This document shows, piece after piece, positions 39,715 to 48,687 of a stretch of 64,000 nt of DNA. How positions within the stretch are numbered: position 1 is the first letter of the stretch; every line of letters begins with the position of its first letter. Under the pieces are notes generated by a model. It was not told the DNA's origin. It saw only the letters and a list, made by a program, of their open reading frames with translations, and did no database searches. Origin of the DNA: Thermodesulfovibrionia bacterium. GTDB lineage: Bacteria > Nitrospirota > Thermodesulfovibrionia > UBA6902 > BMS3Bbin08. Where the stretch lies: NCBI GenBank assembly GCA_030694425.1, contig JAUXYI010000011.1, forward strand, positions 14,301 to 78,300, written 5' to 3'. The position numbers and the translations under genes are program-made.

Positions 39715-41340
39715 CTACGTCGGGCAGACTATGCTTTTGAGGGTTTCTGTGAGTTTAAGGTTTTCCGAATAATCAACAGGGCAATCAATAACAGCCGGCA
39801 CTTTTTGGGATAGGGCATCTTTTATAATTGGACCAAGTTCATCCTCTGCCCCTACCCTATATCCTTTGGTTCCGAAAGACTCTGCGAATTTAACAAAATC
39901 AGGATTTCCAAAGCGGCAGCCGAATTCCCTGCCAAACTTAACCTTTTGCTTCCATTCAATAAGTCCATATCCCCCATCGTTAAATATAAGGCATACAATC
40001 GGCAAACCGAGTCTTACTGCTGTCTCAAGTTCAGCAGCGCTCATCATGAATCCGCCATCTCCGCAGACTGCCATTACATTTTTTTCAGGGTAAAGCATCT
40101 TTGCTGATATTGAAGCAGGGATAGCAAATCCCATAGACGAGTAACCATTGGAGATAATTGCTGTGTTTGGTTCATAAACAGGATAAAACCTCGCAATCCA
40201 GATTTTGTGAGCGCCAACATCACTTATCAGAATATCGTCTCTTTTAAGATTATTTCTGATTTCCTGTATGATTTTTAAAGGTTTTAGTGGAAATCCTTTT
40301 AATTCGATATTTAAAGAAGTTTTAATCATTTCTCTTAGTTTTGCATCATAGATATGATCTTTTTGAAAATCCACATGCTCGGTTAAAATTGTGAGTGTAG
40401 CGGCTATGTCGCCTACAAGTTCAATCGCCTCATAATGTGCATCAATCTCCGCAGGTGTAAAATCTATGTGTATGATTTTCTTGTCTTTGTTTGGGTTAAA
40501 ATACCCCGGAGCAAATTCTACAAAGTCATAACCAACAGCAATGACAAGGTCAGCCCTGTCAAAGCCGCATGAGATATAATCCCTCGGCTGTAAACCGTAT
40601 GTTGACAGAAAGAACTCGCTGTCAGCTGGCACAGCGCCTATTCCCATAAAAGAAGTTGAGACACTTATACGGGACTTCTCTACGAACTTCATCAGGGATT
40701 GAGATGCCCTTCCCCTTAAAATACTGCTTCCTGCGAGAATTAATGGTCTTTTTGATTCTTTAATTGCCCTGACAGCCTCATGTATTAAAGGCAGTTCAGG
40801 CTCAGGATAGGTTATTGCTAAAGGCAGCAAAGGTTCATCATCAGTATTTTCTTGAGCAACGTCTTCCGGAAGTTCAATGTGTGTTGGTCCTGGTTTTTCC
40901 ACTGATGAGAGTCTAAATGCCTTTCTTACAACCTCAGGGATGACAGACGCCCCTTCTATCCTTGCATTCCACTTTGTTATTGGCTTAAATATAGATACTA
41001 CATCTACATACTGGTGAGATTCTTTGTGAATTCTTAACTGCTCTATCTGTCCTGTAACAGCTACCATAGGAGAACGGTCAAGAAATGCATCTGCAACACC
41101 TGTGATAAGATTGGTTGCACCTGGTCCAAGCGTTGAAAGACAAACACCGGGGGTTCTGGTTAGCCTTCCCCATACGTTAGCCATAAAAGCAGCGCCCTGC
41201 TCGTGCCTTGTTGGAATAAATGTGATTGCAGAGTCGTGCATGGCATCAAGAAGGTCAAGGGTTTCCTCTCCGGGAATGCCGAAGATGCACTTAACCCCCT
41301 CAGCCTCAAGACATTTAACTAATAGTTCAGCTGCCTTCAT
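39715..41340 (-). CDS. Thiamine-pyrophosphate enzyme, acetolactate synthase-like
   Basis: 541 aa; TPP-binding N, central and C domains (GDGGF motif). Confidence 0.8.
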   Translation of the reverse strand: MKAAELLVKCLEAEGVKCIFGIPGEETLDLLDAMHDSAITFIPTRHEQGAAFMANVWGRLTRTPGVCLSTLGPGATNLITGVADAFLDRSPMVAVTGQIEQLRIHKESHQYVDVVSIFKPITKWNARIEGASVIPEVVRKAFRLSSVEKPGPTHIELPEDVAQENTDDEPLLPLAITYPEPELPLIHEAVRAIKESKRPLILAGSSILRGRASQSLMKFVEKSRISVSTSFMGIGAVPADSEFFLSTYGLQPRDYISCGFDRADLVIAVGYDFVEFAPGYFNPNKDKKIIHIDFTPAEIDAHYEAIELVGDIAATLTILTEHVDFQKDHIYDAKLREMIKTSLNIELKGFPLKPLKIIQEIRNNLKRDDILISDVGAHKIWIARFYPVYEPNTAIISNGYSSMGFAIPASISAKMLYPEKNVMAVCGDGGFMMSAAELETAVRLGLPIVCLIFNDGGYGLIEWKQKVKFGREFGCRFGNPDFVKFAESFGTKGYRVGAEDELGPIIKDALSQKVPAVIDCPVDYSENLKLTETLKSIVCPT

Positions 41341-42041
41341 TACATTAGTTCTCTGAAATTGTCTATTACTAAGAAGTTTTTTGATTTTTTAGGCTCTAAC
41401 TTTGAGCTTGTCCTTGCCTTGAAAAGCAGACATTTTATTCCATATTCTTTTGCCGTTAGCAGAACATCTTCTGTATCATCAATAAAAAGTGTTTTTTCTT
41501 TATCAAACTTTAACTTTTTCTCTGCTTTATGCCAGAATTCAATATGTTCCTTCGGGTAGCCAACATCAAAAGAGCAAAGCACGGAATCAAAATATTTTCC
41601 TATCTGGGTTTTTTTGAGTTTCAGGCTAACGGTTTTATAGTGGGCATTTGTTACAAGGAAAATCTTTTTTTTATGCTTCCTCAGCATCTTTAAAAAATCT
41701 ATAACATGCGGGTGCACTTCTATAAGATGTTTTATCTGTTCTTTGAGGACAGGGATATCAAGATGAAGCTCCTTTGACCAGAAATCAATATCACACCAGT
41801 TTAGTGTTTTTTCATGTGATTTGTATGTCTTAAATAAAAAATCCTTTGCAGCGCCAAAAGTCATATTGTGCTTCTCAGCATATTTTTCAGGCACGAGATG
41901 CCCCCAGAAATAATCGTCAAAATACAAATCCAGCAAAGTCCCGTCCATGTCAAGGAGGACAAATTTTATGTCTTTTAAAGGGATAGTTTTAGGCATTGCA
42001 GATATTGTAACATTTTTAAAGACAGTAATCTGCTGAACCAC
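41340..42041 (-). CDS. HAD-superfamily hydrolase
   Basis: LLDMDGTLLD motif I, VTNAH, DD motif. Confidence 0.7.
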   Translation of the reverse strand: MVQQITVFKNVTISAMPKTIPLKDIKFVLLDMDGTLLDLYFDDYFWGHLVPEKYAEKHNMTFGAAKDFLFKTYKSHEKTLNWCDIDFWSKELHLDIPVLKEQIKHLIEVHPHVIDFLKMLRKHKKKIFLVTNAHYKTVSLKLKKTQIGKYFDSVLCSFDVGYPKEHIEFWHKAEKKLKFDKEKTLFIDDTEDVLLTAKEYGIKCLLFKARTSSKLEPKKSKNFLVIDNFRELM

Positions 42042-42090
42042 CCAACCCTTGAACCATCCTTCTATTAAGAATTATACTTTATAACACCAT

Positions 42091-42750
42091 ATGCTAACGG
42101 ACAATAAACTCATCATAAAAATAATCTGGGTTGCGATTTTCAGTATTTCTATGGGTTTTGTAGAGTCAGCGGTTGTTGTTTATCTGCGCCGAATTTACTA
42201 TCCAGAGGGTTTTTCATTTCCCTTAAAACCCCTGATTGACAATTTAATTGAAGTTGAAGTTCTACGTGAGGCAGCAACCATATTCATGCTTCTTTCTGCC
42301 GCAGTGCTTGCTGGTAAAAAAATCTGGGAGCGTTTTGCATATTTTCTGTTTTGTTTTGGCGTGTGGGATATTTTTTATTATGTCTGGCTTAAGGTCTTGA
42401 TTAACTGGCCATTAACAATTTTTGACTGGGATATTCTGTTTTTAATGCCAATGCCGTGGATAGGGCCGGTAATTGCTCCTGTTACTATTTCAATCTTGAT
42501 GATTACTGTTGGTTTAGCTATTATTCATCTATTTCACAGGGGTTATGAGTTTAAACCAATCTTAATCTCCCGCATTCTCACATTAATCGGAACCGGATTT
42601 GTAATTTCTTCATTTATGCGGGACACTGGCGCAACGCTTCGTCAGCAACTTCCTCAGCCATATTTGTATGGATTTTTATTTATCGGAGTAATTCTCTATA
42701 CAGCAGCATTCATAATTTCCTATTTAAAAACCGTGACGCAGAAAGTATAA
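42091..42750 (+). CDS. Hypothetical polytopic membrane protein
   Basis: 219 aa, about 6 predicted TM segments. Confidence 0.4.
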   Translation: MLTDNKLIIKIIWVAIFSISMGFVESAVVVYLRRIYYPEGFSFPLKPLIDNLIEVEVLREAATIFMLLSAAVLAGKKIWERFAYFLFCFGVWDIFYYVWLKVLINWPLTIFDWDILFLMPMPWIGPVIAPVTISILMITVGLAIIHLFHRGYEFKPILISRILTLIGTGFVISSFMRDTGATLRQQLPQPYLYGFLFIGVILYTAAFIISYLKTVTQKV

Positions 42751-42753
42751 TAT

Positions 42754-43203
42754 ATGTACACTATGATTAAAAATACCAAAATTCTTGAGGAATTTGAGAG
42801 AAAAGAGGAAGATAAAATAATGGCAGAGATAATCAGCAGAGAGCAAAAGCCGGTACCCGGGATTGATTATTCAGAAATTTGTATCCCTGATGAAGAAAAC
42901 TTAGGCACAGGAACATTTACTATAGTTCTTGAACATGATGCAATACCTAAAATTAATCCGATTGTCAGTACGGTTATAAATGAACCAGTATTCCAGTTAA
43001 TTGTCAGCATTGATTCTGAAGTAAAAGAGGTTACAACTCTCCTTGGTAAAGCTTATAATACCCCTCCCCTCTCCAGAGAAGTCTTTATACTGCCTGAGAA
43101 TATTAAATTGTCAGATGCACATAAATTTGAGGTAATTTTTAAAGACTGGAAGGTAAAAGATTTGATAATGAACGGAGATAATTTAGAGAGAATACCTGTT
43201 TAA
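42754..43203 (+). CDS. Hypothetical protein
   Basis: 149 aa, tightly spaced after the membrane protein. Confidence 0.4.
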   Translation: MYTMIKNTKILEEFERKEEDKIMAEIISREQKPVPGIDYSEICIPDEENLGTGTFTIVLEHDAIPKINPIVSTVINEPVFQLIVSIDSEVKEVTTLLGKAYNTPPLSREVFILPENIKLSDAHKFEVIFKDWKVKDLIMNGDNLERIPV

Positions 43204-43239
43204 CAAAAAAAGTTTCATTCTTAGATATAAGGAGGACAT

Positions 43240-43419
43240 ATGCACGCGGAAGTACAAATTATAGAGGGCGGAAAACTTGTAAAAACAGAAAAGATGAAAT
43301 TAAAGATAGTAAAGGAGTTCAGCGACAACACCATTATCTATGAGAACGAAGATGGAAAAGCAGTTGTATACTTCAAAAAAAAGAATGAATATGTATTAAT
43401 TTCCATTGATATGGCATAA
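43240..43419 (+). CDS. Hypothetical small protein (59 aa)
   Basis: ATG preceded by aaggagg; MHAEVQIIEGGKLVKTEKMKLKIVKEF...; below the ORF-track length cut-off. Confidence 0.3.
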   Translation: MHAEVQIIEGGKLVKTEKMKLKIVKEFSDNTIIYENEDGKAVVYFKKKNEYVLISIDMA

Positions 43420-43444
43420 AAAGAGGAATTCAAAAACTATCTCC

Positions 43445-44746
43445 CTATCTTCTCTTTAGAGCATTTTCAACTGTTTTAATGGCGCAGAATTCTCCGCACA
43501 TACTGCAAACCTCTGATTCTGTTGGCGGAACTTCTGAACGCCACCTTTTAACCCTTTCAGGGTCAAGACTAAGCGCTATCTGGCCATTCCAGTCAAGCGC
43601 CTTTCTCTTTTTTGCCATCTCTATATCAATATCAATAGCGCCTTTAATGCCCTTTGCAATATCTGCGGCATGTGCAGCTATTTTTGATGCAATAACACCC
43701 TCTTTTACATCCTCAAGATTTGGCAGCCTTATATGTTCAGACGGCGTCACATAGCAGAGGAAGTCAGCGCCTGCGGCGCCTGCAATAGCGCCGCCGATAG
43801 CAGCAGCAATATGGTCGTAGCCCATTGCAATATCTGTCACAAGAGGACCAAGCACATAGAAAGGAGCGCCCTTGCATATCTCTTTCTGCATTTTTATATT
43901 AAGCTCAACCTGATTAAGAGGCACATGACCGGGGCCCTCAATAATAACCTGCACGCCTGCTTTAACTGCCCTATCCCTTAACTTCCCAAGGGTCAAAAGC
44001 TCATCTATCTGTGTTCTGTCAGTGGCATCAGCAAGACATCCAGGCCGTGCGCCATCACCAAGGCTCAATGTAAGGTCATACTTCCTCGCTATTTCAAGAA
44101 GCCTGTCATAATATTCATAAAGAGGGTTCTCCCTATCATTGTATATCATCCACTCAACAAGAAAAGCGCCTCCGCGGCTTACAATATCAAGGATCCTGCC
44201 GTCTTCCCTGAGAGTCTCGATTGTCTTTCTTGTGAGCCCGCAGTGCACTGTAACAAAATCAACGCCATCTTCTGCATGTTCCTCAATAGTTGAAAAGAGT
44301 TCATCAATACTCATCTTTGCTATAGAGCCTTTATTTTCAGCAGCCCTCACCACTGCTTCGTATATCGGGACGGTCCCAACCGCAATAGTTGATTTTTTAA
44401 GGAGCAGTTTTCTTATATCCTTAATAGGACCTCCTGTTGAAAGGTCCATGACCGCATCAGCGCCGTATTTAATAAGCACATCAAGTTTTTGCATCTCTTC
44501 ATCAAGCGACACTCTGTCCTTTGATGTGCCTATATTTGCATTTATCTTTGTTCTCAAACCTCTTCCTATGCCTAATGGCCTTATATCATGTTTTATATTC
44601 CTCGTAATAACTGTCAGTCCCTGAGCAATATCCATGGAAAGCTGCTCGGGTTCAATGCCTTCCATGAGAGCTGCTTGTTTTACTTCATCAGTAATTAAAC
44701 CTTTTCTGGCAAATTCAATCCGTGTTTGCTGTAAATTTTTGTTCAT
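43445..44746 (-). CDS. thiC: Phosphomethylpyrimidine synthase
   Basis: 433 aa; C-terminal CSMCGEFCA motif. Confidence 0.95.
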   Translation of the reverse strand: MNKNLQQTRIEFARKGLITDEVKQAALMEGIEPEQLSMDIAQGLTVITRNIKHDIRPLGIGRGLRTKINANIGTSKDRVSLDEEMQKLDVLIKYGADAVMDLSTGGPIKDIRKLLLKKSTIAVGTVPIYEAVVRAAENKGSIAKMSIDELFSTIEEHAEDGVDFVTVHCGLTRKTIETLREDGRILDIVSRGGAFLVEWMIYNDRENPLYEYYDRLLEIARKYDLTLSLGDGARPGCLADATDRTQIDELLTLGKLRDRAVKAGVQVIIEGPGHVPLNQVELNIKMQKEICKGAPFYVLGPLVTDIAMGYDHIAAAIGGAIAGAAGADFLCYVTPSEHIRLPNLEDVKEGVIASKIAAHAADIAKGIKGAIDIDIEMAKKRKALDWNGQIALSLDPERVKRWRSEVPPTESEVCSMCGEFCAIKTVENALKRR

Positions 44747-44768
44747 TGTATGCTCCTTTGTTCTTGGT

Positions 44769-44838
44769 TGTCATTCTGAGCGAAGCGAAGAATCTTAGCT
44801 TTCTTGGAATTGAGACCCTTCACTTTGTTCAGGGTGAC
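44769..44838. mobile_element. MITE-like element fused to the 3' end of thiE
   Basis: gtcattctgagcgaagcgaagaatct...agacccttcactttgttcagggtgac; supplies the thiE tail ...HPEQSEGSQFQES*. Confidence 0.7.
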
Positions 44839-45472
44839 ATAAGCTAATTACCTCCTTAGCTTTCTTCTGCACATCCTCTGCTCCAAAAATTTCTGATATC
44901 ATGGCAACTCCATAAGCCTCTGTTTTTTTCAAGTCTTTTATTCTGCTGCTTTTTACCCCGCCGATTGCAAAGACTGGAATTTTTATCTTTTTACTGATTT
45001 CTCTCAGAGTATCTATTCCCAACGGAGAACCATATTTTAATTTTGATGGTGTTCTATAAATTGGTCCAAGTGTTATAAAATCAGCCCCTGCTCTTTCAGC
45101 CTCTTTTGCTTCTTTTAAAGAGTGTGTTGAAACACCAATTAAAAGTTTTTTCTTCACAATTTTTCTCACAGCATCAGCCGGGATGCTGTTTTGCGTAAGA
45201 TGAACGCCATCTGCTTCAACAGCCAACGCAATATCAAACCTGTCATTGATAAAAAGCTTTGCATTATATTTTTTTGTTAAATCTCTCATCTTGTATGCTA
45301 ACCTTACCAGCTCACGCATGCTTAAATCTTTTTCCCTGAGCTGTATTGCCTTAACTCCGCCTTTCAGTGCCTCCCTAACAGCAGTGACGAGTGACGAGCC
45401 TGCCTGCTCGGTAGGCAGGTGACGAGTGACGAGTTTTCTGTCTGTAATCAGATAAAGTTTAAAATCAATCAT
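44795..45472 (-). CDS. thiE: Thiamine-phosphate synthase
   Basis: 225 aa; TMP-TENI fold; contains the heptamer/hairpin insertion 45384-45434. Confidence 0.85.
   Translation of the reverse strand: MIDFKLYLITDRKLVTRHLPTEQAGSSLVTAVREALKGGVKAIQLREKDLSMRELVRLAYKMRDLTKKYNAKLFINDRFDIALAVEADGVHLTQNSIPADAVRKIVKKKLLIGVSTHSLKEAKEAERAGADFITLGPIYRTPSKLKYGSPLGIDTLREISKKIKIPVFAIGGVKSSRIKDLKKTEAYGVAMISEIFGAEDVQKKAKEVISLCHPEQSEGSQFQES
45384..45434. repeat. Heptamer repeats (GTGACGA) flanking a 21-nt palindrome, in frame in thiE
   Basis: gtgacgagtgacgag-cctgcctgctcggtaggcagg-tgacgagtgacgag. Confidence 0.8.
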
Positions 45473-45554
45473 GTTGTTGCAAATTGTAGGGGCGGGGTGA
45501 CCCCGCCCTTACACCAGATACACGTTACTTGTTACTCGTCACTTGTTACTGTCT

Positions 45555-46325
45555 TTACAGCATTCCCTCTATCGGACTGCTTGCAGTTGCATAAAGTTTT
45601 CTCTGGATTCTTCCTGCCTTGTAAGCCAGACGTCCTGCAATAACAGCATGTTTCATCGCCTCAGCCATAACAATAGGGTCTTTGGCTCCTGCTATCGCTG
45701 TATTCAGCAATACAGCATCACATCCGAGTTCCATAGCAACTACCACATCAGAAGCCGTGCCAACGCCGGCATCTACTATAACAGGCACCTTTGCCTGCTC
45801 AAGTATTATCTTTATGTTATAAGGATTTCGTATGCCCAATCCCGAGCCAATAGGTGCAGCAAGGGGCATTACTGCAGCAGCGCCTGCATCAACAAGTCGT
45901 TTAGCCATAACCGGGTCATCATTTGTATAAGGAAGGACTATAAAGCCCTCTTCTGCAAGTATCTCAGTGGCTTTCAAAAGGCCGCATGTGTCAGGGAAAA
46001 GGGTTTTTTCATCACCGATAACTTCAAGTTTTATTAAATCGGAAATCCCTGCCTCTCTTGCAAGCCTTGCATACCTTAAAGCATCTTCAACTGTATAGCA
46101 GCCTGCTGTATTGGGAAGAATCTTGTATTTTTTGGGGTCAATGTAGTCAAACAGGTTTTCTGATTTCCTGTCAAATATATTCACCCTTCTTACTGCAACT
46201 GTGACAACATCGGCGCCTGATGCCTCAATCGCCCGTTTTGTCTCCTCAAAATCTTTGTATTTACCTGTCCCGACCCAGAGACGCGATTTAAATTCAATAC
46301 CTCTAATAACTAATTTATCATCCAT
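45555..46325 (-). CDS. thiG: Thiazole synthase
   Basis: 256 aa; canonical ThiG. Confidence 0.9.
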   Translation of the reverse strand: MDDKLVIRGIEFKSRLWVGTGKYKDFEETKRAIEASGADVVTVAVRRVNIFDRKSENLFDYIDPKKYKILPNTAGCYTVEDALRYARLAREAGISDLIKLEVIGDEKTLFPDTCGLLKATEILAEEGFIVLPYTNDDPVMAKRLVDAGAAAVMPLAAPIGSGLGIRNPYNIKIILEQAKVPVIVDAGVGTASDVVVAMELGCDAVLLNTAIAGAKDPIVMAEAMKHAVIAGRLAYKAGRIQRKLYATASSPIEGML

Positions 46326-46379
46326 AGTCCTCCTCTTAAAATTAAAATGTAAAAATCAAAATGCAAAATTAAGGAATAA

Positions 46380-46500
46380 ATTTAAATAGCTCAAAGTTCA
46401 AAACTCAAAGCTCAAAACCACAGCTCCAAACCCTTAAACTATTCCAAATAGTTTTTGGTTTTAAGCTGTAGTTTTGACTTTTAACATTTGAGTTTTGAGT
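46380..46500. repeat. Long imperfect palindrome (about 60-nt arms) between thiS and thiG
   Basis: agctcaaagttcaaaactcaaagctcaaaaccacagctccaaaccc ... ggttttaagctgtagttttgacttttaacatttgagttttgagtt. Confidence 0.6.
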
Positions 46501-46549
46501 TGTTTACTCCACAATTTTTATTTTTGAATTTTAAATTTTGAATTTTTAC

Positions 46550-46750
46550 TTACCCTCCCCCAACAAAATTAACGATTTCTATTGAATCGCCATCTTTAAG
46601 TATCTGTTCCTGATAATCCTGCTTTTTTATAATCTTCAGATTAACCTCAACAGCAACCTTTGCAGGCTCAATCTCCAGATTTTTAAGAAGCCCTGCAACA
46701 GTAATACCATCCTGAAATTCCAAATCTGTGCCATTTAATTTAAGTCTCAT
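46550..46750 (-). CDS. thiS: Sulfur carrier protein ThiS
   Basis: 66 aa ending GG. Confidence 0.8.
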   Translation of the reverse strand: MRLKLNGTDLEFQDGITVAGLLKNLEIEPAKVAVEVNLKIIKKQDYQEQILKDGDSIEIVNFVGGG

Positions 46751-46795
46751 AATCTCACGCGTACTAATGAGTTCATTAGTAAAGCCTCATAAGCG

Positions 46796-46870
46796 GTCAT
46801 TCCTGCGAAAGCAGGAATCCAGGAAAACCAAAGAAAATACTGGATTCCCGCTTAAGGACTGCGGGAATGA
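46796..46870. mobile_element. MITE-like element (GTCATTCCTGCGAAAGCAGGAATCCAG ... CTGGATTCCCGCTTAAGGACTGCGGGAATGAC)
   Basis: Between thiH-like and thiS. Confidence 0.7.
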
Positions 46871-46919
46871 CGGAAAAAGCAATACGCCCTTACTTATGGT
46901 CTTCTTAGTAACTCTAAAC

Positions 46920-48242
46920 TTATACATGCACATCCCTTTTCCCTTTTTCTATAAGGTCAAGTTTCTCTGAAATCCCGTTCCTGCTTTTTGCACTTTCCTC
47001 TTTCAGTCTTTTTATTAATTGCTCCTTTACATCTCTTGATGCATAGTCCTCTATATATTCTTTAAGGCTCAAGAGGGCATTTTCCTGACAGAAATTTTTT
47101 ATTGCCTGTTTTTGTGCAAGATGTTTAAATTTTTCGCCGCTCCTGTTTTCCCTGTAACATGCTGTGCAAAGGCTTGGAATGAGCCCCAGTTCTGCAATCT
47201 TTTCCATGATTTCCTCGAGACTTCTTTTATCCCCTATTTCAAATTGTGCTGTATCGCTATCCTCAATATAGCCCCACGGGCTCGTCTTTGAACCTGCTGA
47301 TACCTGAGACGCACCCATCAAAAATAATTTATCCCGAAATTCGGATGATTCCCTTGTGGTAACCACAATTCCAACATAAGGAAGAGCCAGCCTGTATATT
47401 GCAACTATTTTTTTGAAATCGCTGTCTGAAACTTTATATCTTGCTTCGTTCAATTTACTCCCCTCTGCCGGCTGAAGCCTTGGAACAGAAAGTGTATGAG
47501 GACCAAATCCATACTTTTTTATGAGCCTATGACAGTGTGCCATCAATGCCCACACATCCCAGCGCCAGTCATATAAACCCAGAAGCACGCCCATCCCGAT
47601 ATCGTCAAAACCTGCTTCTATCGCCCTGTCCATAACACCAAGCCTCCATTCATAATCAGCCTTTGGACCAGAGGGGTGCATAAGTTTATATGTCGGGAAG
47701 TGATATGTCTCCTGAAAACATTGATAAACCCCTGCGCCTGATGTCTTAAGTCTCTTAAAGTCCTCTACTCTCATAGGCGCAGTATTTATATGCAAAATTC
47801 TTATATCCGTGTTCTTATAAATTCCATCAATTATCTTTTCAAGGTAATCTACGCCTACAAGTTTTGAATGATCACTCGTTACGAGCAGCAGTCTTTTATA
47901 TCCTTTGCCTGCAAGCAGCGAAGCCTCTTGTATTGCTTCACCTATACTAAGACTTTTTCTCCTCGCATTTTTATTGCCTTTTCTAAAGCCGCAATATAAA
48001 CAGTCATTCACGCACTCATTTGAAAGGTAAAGAGGTGCGAACAGGACAATCCTCCTGCCATAAACTTTTTCTTTAATCTTACGGGCTGTTTCAAAAACAT
48101 CTTCCCATAATTCTTTGTCCTTCAATGCAATTATATGAGAAATTTCCTTAAGGCTTAATATCTGCAGGTCCAGGGACTTGGCAAGAATATCTTTGATAAG
48201 GGTTCTGTAGGTTTTTACTGAACTATCTTTTGAAGCACGCAT
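46920..48242 (-). CDS. thiH: Radical SAM tyrosine lyase, ThiH/HydG family, with HydG-type C-terminal CX2CX22C motif
   Basis: CVNDCLYCGF radical SAM motif; C-terminal CTACYRENRSGEKFKHLAQKQAIKNFC; ORF-track N-terminus (to 48335) overlaps the riboswitch, so the real start is ATG 48242 (MRASKDSSVK) after the leader terminator. Confidence 0.8.
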   Translation of the reverse strand: MRASKDSSVKTYRTLIKDILAKSLDLQILSLKEISHIIALKDKELWEDVFETARKIKEKVYGRRIVLFAPLYLSNECVNDCLYCGFRKGNKNARRKSLSIGEAIQEASLLAGKGYKRLLLVTSDHSKLVGVDYLEKIIDGIYKNTDIRILHINTAPMRVEDFKRLKTSGAGVYQCFQETYHFPTYKLMHPSGPKADYEWRLGVMDRAIEAGFDDIGMGVLLGLYDWRWDVWALMAHCHRLIKKYGFGPHTLSVPRLQPAEGSKLNEARYKVSDSDFKKIVAIYRLALPYVGIVVTTRESSEFRDKLFLMGASQVSAGSKTSPWGYIEDSDTAQFEIGDKRSLEEIMEKIAELGLIPSLCTACYRENRSGEKFKHLAQKQAIKNFCQENALLSLKEYIEDYASRDVKEQLIKRLKEESAKSRNGISEKLDLIEKGKRDVHV

Positions 48243-48243
48243 T

Positions 48244-48292
48244 AAAATAAAAAACCGTATCCCTGTCGGTGACTCGTAGAGAAGAGATACGG
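48244..48292 (-). terminator. Intrinsic terminator forming the expression platform of the TPP riboswitch
   Basis: Minus strand CCGUAUC...GAUACGG followed by UUUUUUAUUUU immediately before the thiH start. Confidence 0.65.
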
Positions 48293-48303
48293 CAGCCTCC
48301 TTT

Positions 48304-48478
48304 TCCTCCGCCGGCATTATCCGGGTCAGGTTCAAGGGGTCTCCTATCTTCAGAACTAAGATTTCAGAACACAGATATCAGACTTTTTTGTTCTGTTTTC
48401 TGCGCTCTGGGTTCTGTGCTCTGATATTAGGACTCTCAGGCTTTGTCCCGTAATTACTTACGTGACGTTGCCTCCCCC
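48304..48478 (-). ncRNA. TPP riboswitch (thi-box) aptamer, interrupted by an inserted palindromic element of about 90 nt
   Basis: Minus strand shows GGGGGAGGC...GCCUGAGAG...(insert)...ACCCCUUGAACCUGACCCGGAUAAUGCCGGCGGAGG, matching the conserved CUGAGA, ACCC and GAACCUGAUCxGGxUAAUxCCxGCGxAGG elements. Confidence 0.7.
48355..48440. repeat. CAGAACACAGA-type palindromic element (copy inside the riboswitch)
   Basis: cagaacacagatatcagac...ggttctgtgctctgatattagg; related copy at 51297-51372. Confidence 0.7.
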
Positions 48479-48687
48479 AGGGTTAGATTAAGTATATCTT
48501 TTAATAAGAAATGGTGTCAAGTTCACTTTAATACAATTGCTTGATTAAAATCTTAAACAATGGCATAATTTACTTTATTTAATTTTCCCATTCCAATGTT
48601 GATTTGTCCCGACTTAATCGGGATTAAGATTTCAAAAACGAATTTCATTTTATTTTTAACAGTCCGGAAACAAGATTAGATTTTCAA

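Noticed and set aside
45490-45509. GGGGCGGGGTGACCCCGCCC hairpin between thiG and thiE as an operon-internal terminator
   Set aside because: On the coding (minus) strand it is not followed by a U-tract. It is more likely a structural repeat, as it sits next to heptamer repeats.
48243-48335. N-terminal 31 codons of the ORF-track thiH call (MNLTRIMPAEEKEAAVSLLYESPTGIRFFIL)
   Set aside because: This stretch is the 3' half of the TPP aptamer plus the terminator hairpin/U-tract. The true start is ATG 48242.
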